Source: Thermoanaerobaculia bacterium (lineage in GTDB: Bacteria > Acidobacteriota > Thermoanaerobaculia > Multivoradales > UBA5704). From it: a DNA stretch of 64,000 bases. The notes under the pieces are model-generated. The model saw only the letters and a program-made list of their open reading frames with translations, ran no database searches and had not been told where the DNA came from. A program made the translations under genes and the position numbers. Below are positions 7,901-17,559 of the stretch, piece after piece (the stretch's first letter is position 1; each line of letters opens with the position of its first letter). The DNA is taken from contig DASZZP010000038.1 of NCBI GenBank assembly GCA_035544875.1, positions 192,185-256,184 on the forward strand, in the 5' to 3' direction.

Positions 7901-10549
7901 CTATTCGGAGCGCAGGGCGACCAGCGGGTCGACCCGGGTCGCCCGCCGGGCCGGGATGTAAGACGCGAGCAGCGCCACCGCGGCCAGCAGCAGCGCCACC
8001 GCGGCGAAGGTTACCGGGTCGGTCGCGCTCACCCCGAAGAGCAGCGACTGCATGGTACGGGTGAGCACGACCGCGCCGCCGACTCCGAGCGCCACCCCGA
8101 CGGCGGCCGCCAAGACACCCTGACCGAGAATGAGGCGCAAGACGTCGCCGGCGCGAGCTCCAAGCGCCATGCGCACTCCGACCTCGCGGGTGCGCCGCTC
8201 GACCGCATAACCCATCACGCCGTAGATGCCGATCAGCGCGAGCAGCAGCGCGGTGCCGGCGAAGCTGCCCAGCAGGATCAGATGGAAGCGCCGGGTCTGC
8301 AGCGAGCGGGCGAAAACCTGCCTGAAGGTGTTCAAGCTCGGCGGCACGGTGGGGTCGAGGTTGCGGACGATCGACCGCGCCGCCGCCAGCACCGCCGCGG
8401 GGTCTGCCTTGGCGCGCATCACCACGTCGAAGCTCCAGGTCTTGCGCGGCCGCTGGCGATAGTTCACATAGACGGTGGGGCGTGGCAGCGCTTCGAGGCT
8501 CTTGGCGCGGATGTCGCCGACGACCCCCACGACGGTGAGCACGCGCAGGTCGCCGTCCATGTTGCCGAACTCGATCGCACGACCGAGCGGATCCTGATTG
8601 GGCCACTTCTCGCGTGCCAGCGCCTGGCTGATGACAGCGGCGTGCGGCGCTTCCATGGTGTCGCGATCGTCGAACAGCCGGCCGCGCAGCAGGGGGATGC
8701 CGAGAGTCGGGAAGTAGCCGGCGCTGGCGACGCAAAAGTCCGCATCGCCGGTGCGGGTCGAGTCATGGAAGAGGCGCTCCAGGTCCTTCATCCGCGGCAA
8801 CACCTCCCCTGGGTTCAGCAGCAGAAACGTGCCGTTGGGCGGGGCTTCGACCAGCGGCAGGGCGGCGCTACCCCCCACCTCCCCGACCCCGGGAATGCCG
8901 CGCAGGCGGGCGAACAGCTCGTCGAGGAACCGCACCCGGCGGTGTCCATCCGCCTCCGAATCGACGCCCGGCAGCGCCAGATTCATAGTCGCGACCTGCT
9001 CGGTGCGGAAGCCGGGGTCGACGGCCAGCACTGACAGCAGGCTCCGGCCAAGAAGTCCTGCGCCGACCAGCAATACCAGGGTCATGGCGAGCTGCGCGGC
9101 AACGATCACCCGGCCGAGCCGCTGGCCGCGCACCGTGCCCGCCTGCGCGCGACCGCCCTCGACCAGGGCGCCCTGCAGCTCCCCCGAGGTGGCACGCCGC
9201 GCGGTCAGGATCCCCAGTCCGGCCGCCACCGCCACCGTCAGGCCCAAGGCGAAGAAGAGCACCGGCAAGCTCACCGCCACTTCGCCAAGGCGCGGCAGGT
9301 CGCGCGGCGCCTTGGCCACCAGCGCCTCGACCCCCCAGACCGCCGCCAGCACGCCCAGCGCTCCGCCGCTCAAAGAGAGCAGGAGCGATTCGGTGAGGAA
9401 CTGGCGGATGAGTCGGCGGCGCCCGGCGCCGAGCGCCGCCCGGATCGCCAGCTCCCCCTCGCGCACCGTGAGCTGGGCGAGCAGCAGGTTCACCACGTTC
9501 GCACAGGCGATCAGCAGCAGGAAGCCGACGCCGCCGAGCAGGATGAGCAGCGCCCCTCGGACGTCGCCGGTCAGCGCCTCACGCAGCGGCACAACCGCGG
9601 CATCGGCCATTTCGATGTCCTTGCCATACTGCCGCTTGAGCTGCTGAGCGATGCCCGCGATCTCGGCGCGGGCCTGGGAGAGCGCGATGCCATCGCGCAG
9701 CCGGCCGACGACCCGCCAGTTGTGCGCGGTGCGGCTAGGATACGGCGCCTCGAGCTCGCGCGGCGTCCAGATCTCGGCGTCCTCCGGGAAGCTGAAGCCA
9801 CGTGGCAACACCCCGACCACGGCGGTGGCGTGATTCTCGATCGTCAACCTGGTCCGGGTCAGATCGGTCGAGCTTCCCAGGTACCGTCTCCAGAAGGCGT
9901 CACTCACCAGGGCCACGGGGGCTGCGCCGAAGCGCTGGTCCTCGACCGCAAAGCCGCGGCCCAGCACGGGCTCGATTCCCATGACCAGGAAGAAGTCGCG
10001 GGAGACCGTGGCTACCGGCGTACGGGTCGGCTCGGAGCCACCCGAGACCGATTGCACCCAGGACGCATACTCCGCCAGACCCCGCAACGAATGGCTCTGG
10101 GCATGAATGTCCGCGAAGTTGGGGTCGGCGAAGGACATTTGGTGGCCCTGGGCGCTGACCTCCCAAAGCCGGACGATCCGCTCGGGTCTGGCGTAAGGCA
10201 AGGGGCGCAGGAGAACTCCGTAGACGACGCTGAAGATGGCGGTGGCGGCGCCGATGCCCAGGGCGAGCGTCAAGATGGCGACCAGGGAGAAGGCGCGGTT
10301 CTTGCGCAGCAGGCGTGCGCCGTAGCCCAGGTCCTGGACCAGGCGCTCCCACCACGTCCATCCCCACGCCTCGCGCGTCGCCTCCTTGATCAGGCCGACG
10401 TTGCCCAGCTCGCGGTGCGCCGCGTGGCGCGCCTCCTCGGCGCTCTCGCCGCGCTCGATGCGCTCGCGCACCGCCATCTGCAGATGGCTCTGAATCTCCT
10501 GCTCTAGGTCCTGTTCCCGTCGCTTCCGGCGCCAGAATCCAAGGCTCAT
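7901..10549 (-). CDS. ADOP-family ABC transporter permease (duplicated MacB-like FtsX domains)
   Basis: MSLGFWRRKRREQDLEQEIQSHLQMAVRE...RKNRAFSLVAILTLALGIGAATAIF... with two FtsX 4-TM modules. The true start is the internal ATG at 10549; the track's 128-aa N-terminal extension overlaps padR in another frame. Confidence 0.85.
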   Translation of the reverse strand: MSLGFWRRKRREQDLEQEIQSHLQMAVRERIERGESAEEARHAAHRELGNVGLIKEATREAWGWTWWERLVQDLGYGARLLRKNRAFSLVAILTLALGIGAATAIFSVVYGVLLRPLPYARPERIVRLWEVSAQGHQMSFADPNFADIHAQSHSLRGLAEYASWVQSVSGGSEPTRTPVATVSRDFFLVMGIEPVLGRGFAVEDQRFGAAPVALVSDAFWRRYLGSSTDLTRTRLTIENHATAVVGVLPRGFSFPEDAEIWTPRELEAPYPSRTAHNWRVVGRLRDGIALSQARAEIAGIAQQLKRQYGKDIEMADAAVVPLREALTGDVRGALLILLGGVGFLLLIACANVVNLLLAQLTVREGELAIRAALGAGRRRLIRQFLTESLLLSLSGGALGVLAAVWGVEALVAKAPRDLPRLGEVAVSLPVLFFALGLTVAVAAGLGILTARRATSGELQGALVEGGRAQAGTVRGQRLGRVIVAAQLAMTLVLLVGAGLLGRSLLSVLAVDPGFRTEQVATMNLALPGVDSEADGHRRVRFLDELFARLRGIPGVGEVGGSAALPLVEAPPNGTFLLLNPGEVLPRMKDLERLFHDSTRTGDADFCVASAGYFPTLGIPLLRGRLFDDRDTMEAPHAAVISQALAREKWPNQDPLGRAIEFGNMDGDLRVLTVVGVVGDIRAKSLEALPRPTVYVNYRQRPRKTWSFDVVMRAKADPAAVLAAARSIVRNLDPTVPPSLNTFRQVFARSLQTRRFHLILLGSFAGTALLLALIGIYGVMGYAVERRTREVGVRMALGARAGDVLRLILGQGVLAAAVGVALGVGGAVVLTRTMQSLLFGVSATDPVTFAAVALLLAAVALLASYIPARRATRVDPLVALRSE

Positions 10550-10551
10550 GT

Positions 10552-10911
10552 CTAGCTCTCCTGCGGCCGCCGGTCCAGGACCCCGGCCATCGCCGCCAGC
10601 AGTTGCCGCCAGCGCGAACGCTCGGCCGCCAGCTGCTTGCGGCCCGCCAGCGTCAGACGATAGATCTTGACCCGCTGCTTGTTCTCGGAGACCTTCCACG
10701 CGGCGCTGATCCAGCGCTGCTTCTCCAGCCGGTGCAGCGCCGGATACAGCGACCCGGTGTCGACCTGCAGCAGCTCGCCGGAGCTGGCCCGGATCGCCTG
10801 GCTGATGCCGTAGCCATGCCGGGGACCCCAGCGCAGCGTCTGCAGGATGAGCAGATCGAGCGTCCCCTGCAGCAGCTCGATCCGGTTCTGATAGCGCTCC
10901 TTCTTGGCCAT
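10552..10911 (-). CDS. PadR-family transcriptional regulator
   Basis: LDLLILQTLRWGPRHGYGISQAI...LYPALHRLEKQRWISAAW (winged-HTH PadR signature). Sits directly upstream of the ADOP permease, a pairing typical of Acidobacteria. Confidence 0.8.
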   Translation of the reverse strand: MAKKERYQNRIELLQGTLDLLILQTLRWGPRHGYGISQAIRASSGELLQVDTGSLYPALHRLEKQRWISAAWKVSENKQRVKIYRLTLAGRKQLAAERSRWRQLLAAMAGVLDRRPQES

Positions 10912-11152
10912 GTAGACATCCTACACCCATGGCAGTAGCGTGTCTACATGCTCCTACGGGCGAGGCACTGCCTTTGTTTCACTACGCAGGACGGTAGCTC
11001 CCGAGAAGGCCGCCCGCCGGTCGGCCCCACGGAGAGCAGCCAGCGCTTATGAACCACACGGCCGCAGAAGGACCGCATTTCAACCCCTTTCCAGCTCGAG
11101 GGCCGCGAAGGTACACTACGGACGTGTCCACCCCTCGGAGTGCTTACGCAAT

Positions 11153-11554
11153 ATGGAGTTGACGTCGTCCATTGACATGGATGAGACCACCCCCGACATC
11201 GTCATCGTCGAACGCAGGATAGAGCCAGCCGAGCTCGCCCGGCTCGTCCTTCTCCACTTCGAGGACATGGTGAAGTACGTGGTCGACGTCGAGCGTCGGC
11301 TCGCCGCCGTCGGTGGCGAGCTGCACGCGGATGCCGAGCAGCTCCTCCTTCAGTCCGGGAGCCGGCAGGCGGACCTCTGGGGAGCGAACTACTATCCCGG
11401 CAGAGGACCGGAGGAGTGCATCGAATACACCTCGCTCATCAACATCCGGCCCGCCCAGGGGAATCGCAGCATGCTCATTGCGGACCCCGGCCTCCGTCTG
11501 CGCGTCCGCGAGATCACGCTTGCCCTGATCGGCGTTGGTGAGCCGCTCCCATGA
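11153..11554 (+). CDS. Hypothetical protein (133 aa), first gene of a coupled two-gene module
   Basis: ATG at 11153. Stop overlaps the start of the next ORF (ATGA at 11551-11554). No recognisable motif. Confidence 0.4.
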   Translation: MELTSSIDMDETTPDIVIVERRIEPAELARLVLLHFEDMVKYVVDVERRLAAVGGELHADAEQLLLQSGSRQADLWGANYYPGRGPEECIEYTSLINIRPAQGNRSMLIADPGLRLRVREITLALIGVGEPLP

Positions 11555-11913
11555 CCCAGCACGCCTCCCTGTCCGCCGAGCGCTGGGCGTCCTTCCCTCG
11601 CGACCAACAGATCCTGATGATCGGCAATGAAATGAACCGCGCCACTCGCCTGCTTCGGCTCGCCGATCGGCCGGGCCTCCTCCTAGCCTACGAGAGGGTC
11701 CTGCGGCTGGTGGACCTCACGGTCGAGGTCCAGACTGGCTACGGTCTGCGCCGTGAGCTTCTCCGCTGGCGGGACCTCATCGCAGAGATGTACGTCAGCC
11801 CCGATCTGCATCCGGACCAGCACTTCGCCACTTTCCGAGCTCTCCTCCAACTCACCCCGACTTCAGCCCGCCAGATCCCCTTCGTGTTCGCCGCGCCGGG
11901 TAAGCACTCCTGA
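11551..11913 (+). CDS. Hypothetical protein (120 aa), second gene of the coupled module
   Basis: Start overlaps the upstream stop. No recognisable family. Confidence 0.4.
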   Translation: MTQHASLSAERWASFPRDQQILMIGNEMNRATRLLRLADRPGLLLAYERVLRLVDLTVEVQTGYGLRRELLRWRDLIAEMYVSPDLHPDQHFATFRALLQLTPTSARQIPFVFAAPGKHS

Positions 11914-12020
11914 TGCTCTTTCCTCAGCTGCTGTAACTCTGGCGGCGGTGGGTTCCCCTCCCACTCGTTATTCGAGAGGATGGAGACGATCCACCAGTGA
12001 TCGCCGTCGTGGAAGCGAGA

Positions 12021-13466
12021 TCACTTGCCGCGCCGGTGAGGCAGCAGCTCGGGCGGCGCCAGCCCGGCGCGGGCTTCGACCAAGAACGGCGCGTCGCCGG
12101 GCGACCACACGCTTGGGGCGATCGTGAGGCGATCCAGCGCCGGCGGGTAGTAGAGCTCGTCGCTCTTGCCTCTCGGATAGCAGAAAGCGCCGACCGCCTG
12201 GATCGCGATCCCGGCTGCCACCGTCAGGACGAAGCCCCGCAGCCCCCACCCGCGCAGCCGAGCGACGACCGGCACCAGCAGCCAGACCACGAAAGGCACG
12301 GCGTCCGTGAGGAAGCGCGGCCCGTAGCACGCGCCGGCCCGGAAGTCGGTCTGGGCATAGAAGAGGAGCTGCGCCAGGCAAGCCGCCGCAGCGCACAGCT
12401 CGAGCAGCCGGTCGGCCTGTCCGCGCGCGGCTCGCGGCGTCTCGAGCACCGGCCCCGCCGTTCGGCCCGCCGGCACCATCCTGCGCGCCAGGAAAAGGAG
12501 GAAGGGGGAGAAGACCAGCAGCCCCTTGGCTGGGCTGACCAGCAGTCCGGCGACCCCCGGCAGCAGGGGGTGGGCATAGTAAGGGTGCGGGCCGGCGAGA
12601 CCCAACGCACCATAGCCGCCGGCCAGATGCCGGAAGACCGCGAGGTTGTAGACGACGACCGGCGCGAGGGCCGCGGCGGCCGCCCCGAGCGCCCAGAGCG
12701 CCCGCCGGCCGTGGCGCACCGCGAGGTAGACCAGCACCGCCACTCCCAACGCCGCGTCGGGCGGTCGGTTGCCGGCCAGCAGGCCGGCTGCCATGCCGGC
12801 GGCGGCGAGACTCCAAGCCGTCGGCTCGGCGGTCGCCGCCAGCAGCGCGCAGACCGCCAGCAGCTCGCCCGTCCCGTGCAGCCAAAGCGCCTGACTCGAG
12901 ATCACCCAGGTGCTGGTCGCGAAGCCGTAGGCCACCGCCGCGAGCACGGCGCGGGGGCGCTCCGCCTGCCGTCTCGCCAGGAGGAAGAACAGGCCCACCG
13001 ACAGGGCGGCCAGCAGCGAGGCCGCGAGCTTCTCCATGCGCAGCGAGGTGTTCTCGAGCCGCCACGGCTCCCACCCTCGCCAGGCGAGGTACGCCACGGC
13101 GGGGGCGTAGAGCGGGGAGATCAGGACCGGCGTCACGATCGGGTATCTCGTGAAGAGATGGCCGTCGGGGGAGCGAAACAGCCAGTACGCCTCGTGGTAG
13201 GGCTTGCCGGGCGGCACCTGGGTGGCCGGCCCCGCCACCGCGTCGAGGCTCACGCTCCCGGTCTGCCACAGCGCAAACGGCAGAAGGCGGGCCGGCACTG
13301 TGTCGCCGTCCTGGATGACGCGAAAATTCAGGTTGTAGACGGCGAGCGCGAGCACCGCCAGCGCGAGCGCCGCGCGCCGATCAGCGCGCCGGGTAAGCGG
13401 AGATGCGCCGCCCTCCGGGGGGTTGCCGCCGGCAGGGCAGGCGCCGACTCGACCCCGCACGATCAC
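12021..13466 (-). CDS. Polytopic membrane protein, probable GT-C-type glycosyltransferase (ArnT/PMT/DUF2029-like)
   Basis: At least 10 predicted TM helices with loops typical of GT-C enzymes. GTG start at 13466 overlaps the GT4 stop (GTGA). The track start at 13559 would overlap the upstream gene by 97 nt. Confidence 0.5.
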   Translation of the reverse strand: MIVRGRVGACPAGGNPPEGGASPLTRRADRRAALALAVLALAVYNLNFRVIQDGDTVPARLLPFALWQTGSVSLDAVAGPATQVPPGKPYHEAYWLFRSPDGHLFTRYPIVTPVLISPLYAPAVAYLAWRGWEPWRLENTSLRMEKLAASLLAALSVGLFFLLARRQAERPRAVLAAVAYGFATSTWVISSQALWLHGTGELLAVCALLAATAEPTAWSLAAAGMAAGLLAGNRPPDAALGVAVLVYLAVRHGRRALWALGAAAAALAPVVVYNLAVFRHLAGGYGALGLAGPHPYYAHPLLPGVAGLLVSPAKGLLVFSPFLLFLARRMVPAGRTAGPVLETPRAARGQADRLLELCAAAACLAQLLFYAQTDFRAGACYGPRFLTDAVPFVVWLLVPVVARLRGWGLRGFVLTVAAGIAIQAVGAFCYPRGKSDELYYPPALDRLTIAPSVWSPGDAPFLVEARAGLAPPELLPHRRGK

Positions 13467-14776
13467 CGGCTCACGCCATCGCTCCGCTGCGGCTCCTGCG
13501 CCTCGGCCACGACCCCCAGCTCCGCGTACACCCGGCCCAGTGCCGCGGCGAAGGCGCACGCCGAGAAGCGCTCCTCGAAGACCATGCGGGCGCCGGTCGC
13601 GAGGCGGCGACGGAGGCTCGCGTCGCCGAGCAGCCGCGCCAGGGCGCCGGCGAGCGCCTCGGGATCTCCGGGCTCGACCAGCAGGGCGCTGGCGCCGTCG
13701 ACCACGTCCTCGGGGATGCCGTCGACCCGAGACGCGACCACGGCACAGCCGGCCTGTAGCGCCTCGAGCAGCGACAGCGAGCCGCTCTGCTCACTACGCG
13801 AGGGCAGCACGAACACGTCCGCGCGCTGCAAATAGGGATAGGGATCAGGCACCTCCCCCACGAGCGCCACCGAGCTGCCGCCGAGCCCGAGCCGGTGGGC
13901 GAGAGCCCGGTCCGCCGCGAGGTGCGGCCCGCCGCCTGCCAGGAAGGTGCGGAACGGCACCCCCTGCCGGCGCAGGCGGTCGAGGGCGGCGAGCAGCACG
14001 TCCCAACCCTTGCGCGGGTCGTGGCGGGAGACCGCGACGATCAGCGGCGCGCCTGGCGGCCCGAGCTGCTCCGCCAGCTCGGCGATCCCCTGCCACGTCC
14101 ACTCCGCGGCCCGTGGGTGGGGCGCCGGCTGACCCTCGTGCAAGAAGGCAGCCTCTGAGGCGTAGGTGAGCTTGACGCAGCGCGCCGCGGCGCCATACCT
14201 GGCGGCGACCAGGCGCCGCACCGATTCGTAGTTGAGCAGCACCCGCTCCGACTCGCAGTAGGCGCGCCGTTCCCAGCCTGCCACCGCCAGACGGATCCAG
14301 AGGTGAGCAGCGCCATAGCGCAGGCGCGCGCGCCAGCCGTAGCCCGCGGGGGAGCACAGCAGGGAGCGCGACTCGCTCTCGTAGGTGGTGTAGGAGCTCA
14401 CGATCGGAATCGCCTCGCACCCCGCCGCGCGCAGCCGCGCGCAGGCCAGCACCCCGGCATACCCCCAGACCCCGAAGCCATGCACCAGGAGCGGCCCGCG
14501 GCGCCCGGCGGCGAAGCGCGCGATGGCTGCCGCGATACGCGGCGCGTGCAGCCCGGCGAGAAGCTGGCGCACTGGACGCACCTGGGCGGCGCTGCGGTGA
14601 ATGACCCCGAAGTCGGTGACCACCTCCGCATCGTCGCGGCCGGCGCAGAACAGGTGCGGCGTAAAGCCGAGCCGGAGGACCGCCCGGGCATGGGAACGGA
14701 CATAGCTCGAATGGCCTCCTCCCGGCTCGTCGAGCGGGTCGCGGCCCGCCACCAGGACGACGTCAGGCGCCGGCAC
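13463..14776 (-). CDS. Glycosyltransferase family 4
   Basis: GT4 C-terminal motifs ...DVFVLPSRSEQSGSLSLLEALQAGCAVVASRVDGIPEDV... (E-x7-E region). GTG start at 14776, 3 nt after the DegT stop. Confidence 0.8.
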   Translation of the reverse strand: MPAPDVVLVAGRDPLDEPGGGHSSYVRSHARAVLRLGFTPHLFCAGRDDAEVVTDFGVIHRSAAQVRPVRQLLAGLHAPRIAAAIARFAAGRRGPLLVHGFGVWGYAGVLACARLRAAGCEAIPIVSSYTTYESESRSLLCSPAGYGWRARLRYGAAHLWIRLAVAGWERRAYCESERVLLNYESVRRLVAARYGAAARCVKLTYASEAAFLHEGQPAPHPRAAEWTWQGIAELAEQLGPPGAPLIVAVSRHDPRKGWDVLLAALDRLRRQGVPFRTFLAGGGPHLAADRALAHRLGLGGSSVALVGEVPDPYPYLQRADVFVLPSRSEQSGSLSLLEALQAGCAVVASRVDGIPEDVVDGASALLVEPGDPEALAGALARLLGDASLRRRLATGARMVFEERFSACAFAAALGRVYAELGVVAEAQEPQRSDGVSR

Positions 14777-14779
14777 TTC

Positions 14780-16033
14780 CTAGGGGTCGCCCGCCGCGCG
14801 CGCCACCTCGCACGCCACGAAATCGATCTCCGACTCGCTCAGCGTCGGGCCGGAGGGGAGATACAGCCCCTTGCGGCAAAGCTCTTCGGCCACCGGATAG
14901 CGCTCGCCGCGGTGGCGCCGGAAATAGATCGGTTGCAGGTGCACCGGAATGAAGAAGGTCCGCGTCTCGATGCCCTGTCGCGCCAGACGGCGGCGCAGCT
15001 CGTCCCGCGAGCAGCCGAAGTCGTCCTCGACCAGCAAGCCGTACATCCAGAAGACGCTTTCGACTTCCGGGCGCTCGCCGGGAAGGGTGAGGCCGTGCAC
15101 CGCGGCCAGGCGCTCGCCATAGCGCCGGGCGTTGCGCCGCCGCGTCTCGACCAGCTGCGGCAGGCGCTCGGTCTGGGCGAGCCCCACCGCCGCCTGGAGG
15201 TTGCTCATGCGGTAGTTGAAGCCGAGATACGAGTGCCAGAAGTGGCGGTCTGGCGAAAAGGCGTGATCGCGCAGCCGGCGGGCGGTGGCCGCGACGCGCG
15301 CATCGTTGGTGGTCACCATCCCGCCCTCGCCGGTGGTGACGATCTTGTTGCCGTAAAACGAGAAGACGGCCGCGTCACCCAGGCTGCCCACGGGCGCGCC
15401 GCGATAGACGGCGCCGTGCGCCTCGGCCGCATCTTCCAGCAGGGCGAGCCGGTGGCGGCGGGCGATCTCGTCGAGCGGCCGCATCTCCGCCGGATGGCCA
15501 TAGGTGTGCACCGCGACGATGGCGCGAGTGCGCGGCGTGACCTTGGCCTCGACCTGCGCCACGTCCAGATTCCAGCTCTCCGCCTCGGCATCTACCAGCA
15601 CCACCCGCGCCCCGGTGTAGGTCACCGCGTTGGCGGTGGCGATCATGGTGAAGGTGGGTACGATGACCTCGTCGCCAGGGCCGATGCCGAGCGTCGCCAG
15701 GGCGAGGTGGAGGGCGGTGGTGCCGCTGGCGCAGGCGACGCCGTGGGCGCAGCCCATCGCTGCGGCAAAGCGTTCTTCGAAGGCGGGGACGAAGCGCCCC
15801 GCCGAGGAGATCCAGTTCGACTCGATGCACTCGGTCACGTAGCGCAGCTCGTTGCCGTCGAGCAGCGTGTCGCAGACCGGCAGGATGCGCCGCGCCGCGC
15901 CGCCGCGCCCGCCATCGCCTTCGCCGCTGCCCGGCGGCAGCGTCGGCTCGGGCTCCGGGCCGGGAATCAGCTGCCGCCAGGGACCCATCTCCTCGTCGCT
16001 CAACTCGAGCTCGAGCACCGTCCCCCGGATCAT
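14780..16033 (-). CDS. DegT/DnrJ/EryC1/StrS-family PLP-dependent sugar aminotransferase
   Basis: ...ILPVCDTLLDGNELRYVTECIESNWISSAGRFV...SFYGNKIVTTGEGGMVTTND... ATG at 16033 overlaps the upstream stop (ATGA). Confidence 0.85.
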   Translation of the reverse strand: MIRGTVLELELSDEEMGPWRQLIPGPEPEPTLPPGSGEGDGGRGGAARRILPVCDTLLDGNELRYVTECIESNWISSAGRFVPAFEERFAAAMGCAHGVACASGTTALHLALATLGIGPGDEVIVPTFTMIATANAVTYTGARVVLVDAEAESWNLDVAQVEAKVTPRTRAIVAVHTYGHPAEMRPLDEIARRHRLALLEDAAEAHGAVYRGAPVGSLGDAAVFSFYGNKIVTTGEGGMVTTNDARVAATARRLRDHAFSPDRHFWHSYLGFNYRMSNLQAAVGLAQTERLPQLVETRRRNARRYGERLAAVHGLTLPGERPEVESVFWMYGLLVEDDFGCSRDELRRRLARQGIETRTFFIPVHLQPIYFRRHRGERYPVAEELCRKGLYLPSGPTLSESEIDFVACEVARAAGDP

Positions 16034-17559
16034 GGCGCGGAGTTCCTCTGTTGCTTCCGGCAGGCGAGCGGCGCGGCGACGAAGCTCGCCAGCCGCTCGC
16101 CGCGCTCCAGCACGGCGGCATCGGCGCCGCTCGCGGCGAGCTCGAAGTGCTCGGCGAAGACCGCCCCGACCGGCTCCGCGATCGACGGGTCGAGCCCGCG
16201 CAGGAAATCCGCACGGTAGCCCGGAGCCGGCGGCGCCGTCGCGACCGCGGCGACGCGCCGCCGCAGGCGCACGTAGGCGGCGAACGCGCGCCAGCCGCTG
16301 GGCTGCAGCAGCCGCGCCGGACCTCCCGCGGCCAGGGCCGCCAGCACCCGGCTGGGGGCCGTGGCGGCGAGCGCGCGCACCACCTGGGCATGCAGCCGGG
16401 CGGCCACGATCGCGGCCGGCAGGGCGCCGTTCGCGATCTCCCGCGGCCGCCAGTCGGCCAAGGCGGGGAACAGCGTCACCAGATCGATCCCCATGCGCTC
16501 CGGTCGCTCGCCCAGGGCCAGCAGCGAAAGCGCCACGCGCAGGCACTGAGAGCAGCGACTGCACGCCGCCTCGTTCGCCCCCACCCGCCAGCAGGAGTAC
16601 TGGAGGTCGCAGAGATCGGTATAGCGGGTCCACAGCAGCAGCTGCACCTGCTCGCTGTGCAAGGCGCTGATCAGCGAGCCGTAGCGCAGGCCAAGCGGCG
16701 CGAGCAGCGACTCGATCGACTGCTGCGTGGCGCGCGAGTACATGAAGTGCGGGTGCTGGACGATGCGCCCGTCGAGCTCGACGTTCTCCTGCACCTCCGC
16801 CTCCGCGGCCAGGAACAGGCGGGTGGCGCCGAGCGCAACCGCACACACCAGCAGCGCCGCGAAATAGAGGAACGTGTCGGTGATCTCGTTGACCGCCACC
16901 GGATAGCCGACGAGCGGCGGGAAATCGTTCTTCCAGCTCGTGCGCAGATCGGACTCGACCTCGACCAGCGTGACGTCGCGGCGCGCCGCCATCGCCGCCA
17001 GCACCTGGCGGCGGCGGGCGGTCTGATGGTCGTGCAGCGGCGGCATCGGCGAGGTGGTGGTGACCAGCAGCGGCGCCGCCGTGAAGTCGCACAGGAGCGC
17101 CGCCTGCAGCAGGCTGTCCTTGCCACCGCTGAAGGCGGCGGCGCAGCGCCGGCCGGCGGCCAGGCGCTGGGGCGACGGCAGGCGGGGACCGCGCGCATGG
17201 AGCTCGAACGCCGCCAGTGGGGGCCAGGGCGACGCCGCGGATCTCCCGCTGCGATAGGCCTCGAGCGTCGCCGCCTCGGTCTCGAGCAGGCGGCACCAGA
17301 ACTCCGCCTCACCCGGCGGCAGCTCGACAGGCAGCTCGACGCGGCAAGGGCGCAGCAGGTTCCAGTGCGAGTGCAGGCAGAGCAGCGCCACCGTCCACCA
17401 GAGCGGCTGTGGCAAGCGCGCCAGCTCGACCTCCGCAGGGAACCTGAGCGTGAAGCTGGTGCGGTGATAGAGGTCCGTCTCCGGCTCGACGCGCCAGCGG
17501 AAGGTTGCCGTCCGCCGCTCCGCGTCGAGCGCCGGCGGGGCGAGCGTGATGACGTTCAT
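16030..17559 (-). CDS. PP-loop ATP-pyrophosphatase-family protein with unique ~160-aa N-terminal domain and CxxCxxC tail (possible sugar amidotransferase)
   Basis: AAAFSGGKDSLLQAALL (SGGxDS PP-loop) in the middle of the protein and ...CSRCSQC near the C-terminus. Translationally coupled on both sides (ATGA overlaps at 17559 and 16033). Confidence 0.6.
   Translation of the reverse strand: MNVITLAPPALDAERRTATFRWRVEPETDLYHRTSFTLRFPAEVELARLPQPLWWTVALLCLHSHWNLLRPCRVELPVELPPGEAEFWCRLLETEAATLEAYRSGRSAASPWPPLAAFELHARGPRLPSPQRLAAGRRCAAAFSGGKDSLLQAALLCDFTAAPLLVTTTSPMPPLHDHQTARRRQVLAAMAARRDVTLVEVESDLRTSWKNDFPPLVGYPVAVNEITDTFLYFAALLVCAVALGATRLFLAAEAEVQENVELDGRIVQHPHFMYSRATQQSIESLLAPLGLRYGSLISALHSEQVQLLLWTRYTDLCDLQYSCWRVGANEAACSRCSQCLRVALSLLALGERPERMGIDLVTLFPALADWRPREIANGALPAAIVAARLHAQVVRALAATAPSRVLAALAAGGPARLLQPSGWRAFAAYVRLRRRVAAVATAPPAPGYRADFLRGLDPSIAEPVGAVFAEHFELAASGADAAVLERGERLASFVAAPLACRKQQRNSAP

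Noticed and set aside
10550-10930. 128-aa N-terminal extension of the ADOP permease ORF (track start 10930)
   Set aside because: The extension is the out-of-frame overlap with padR. The internal ATG at 10549 gives the canonical ADOP N-terminus MSLGFWRRKRREQ.
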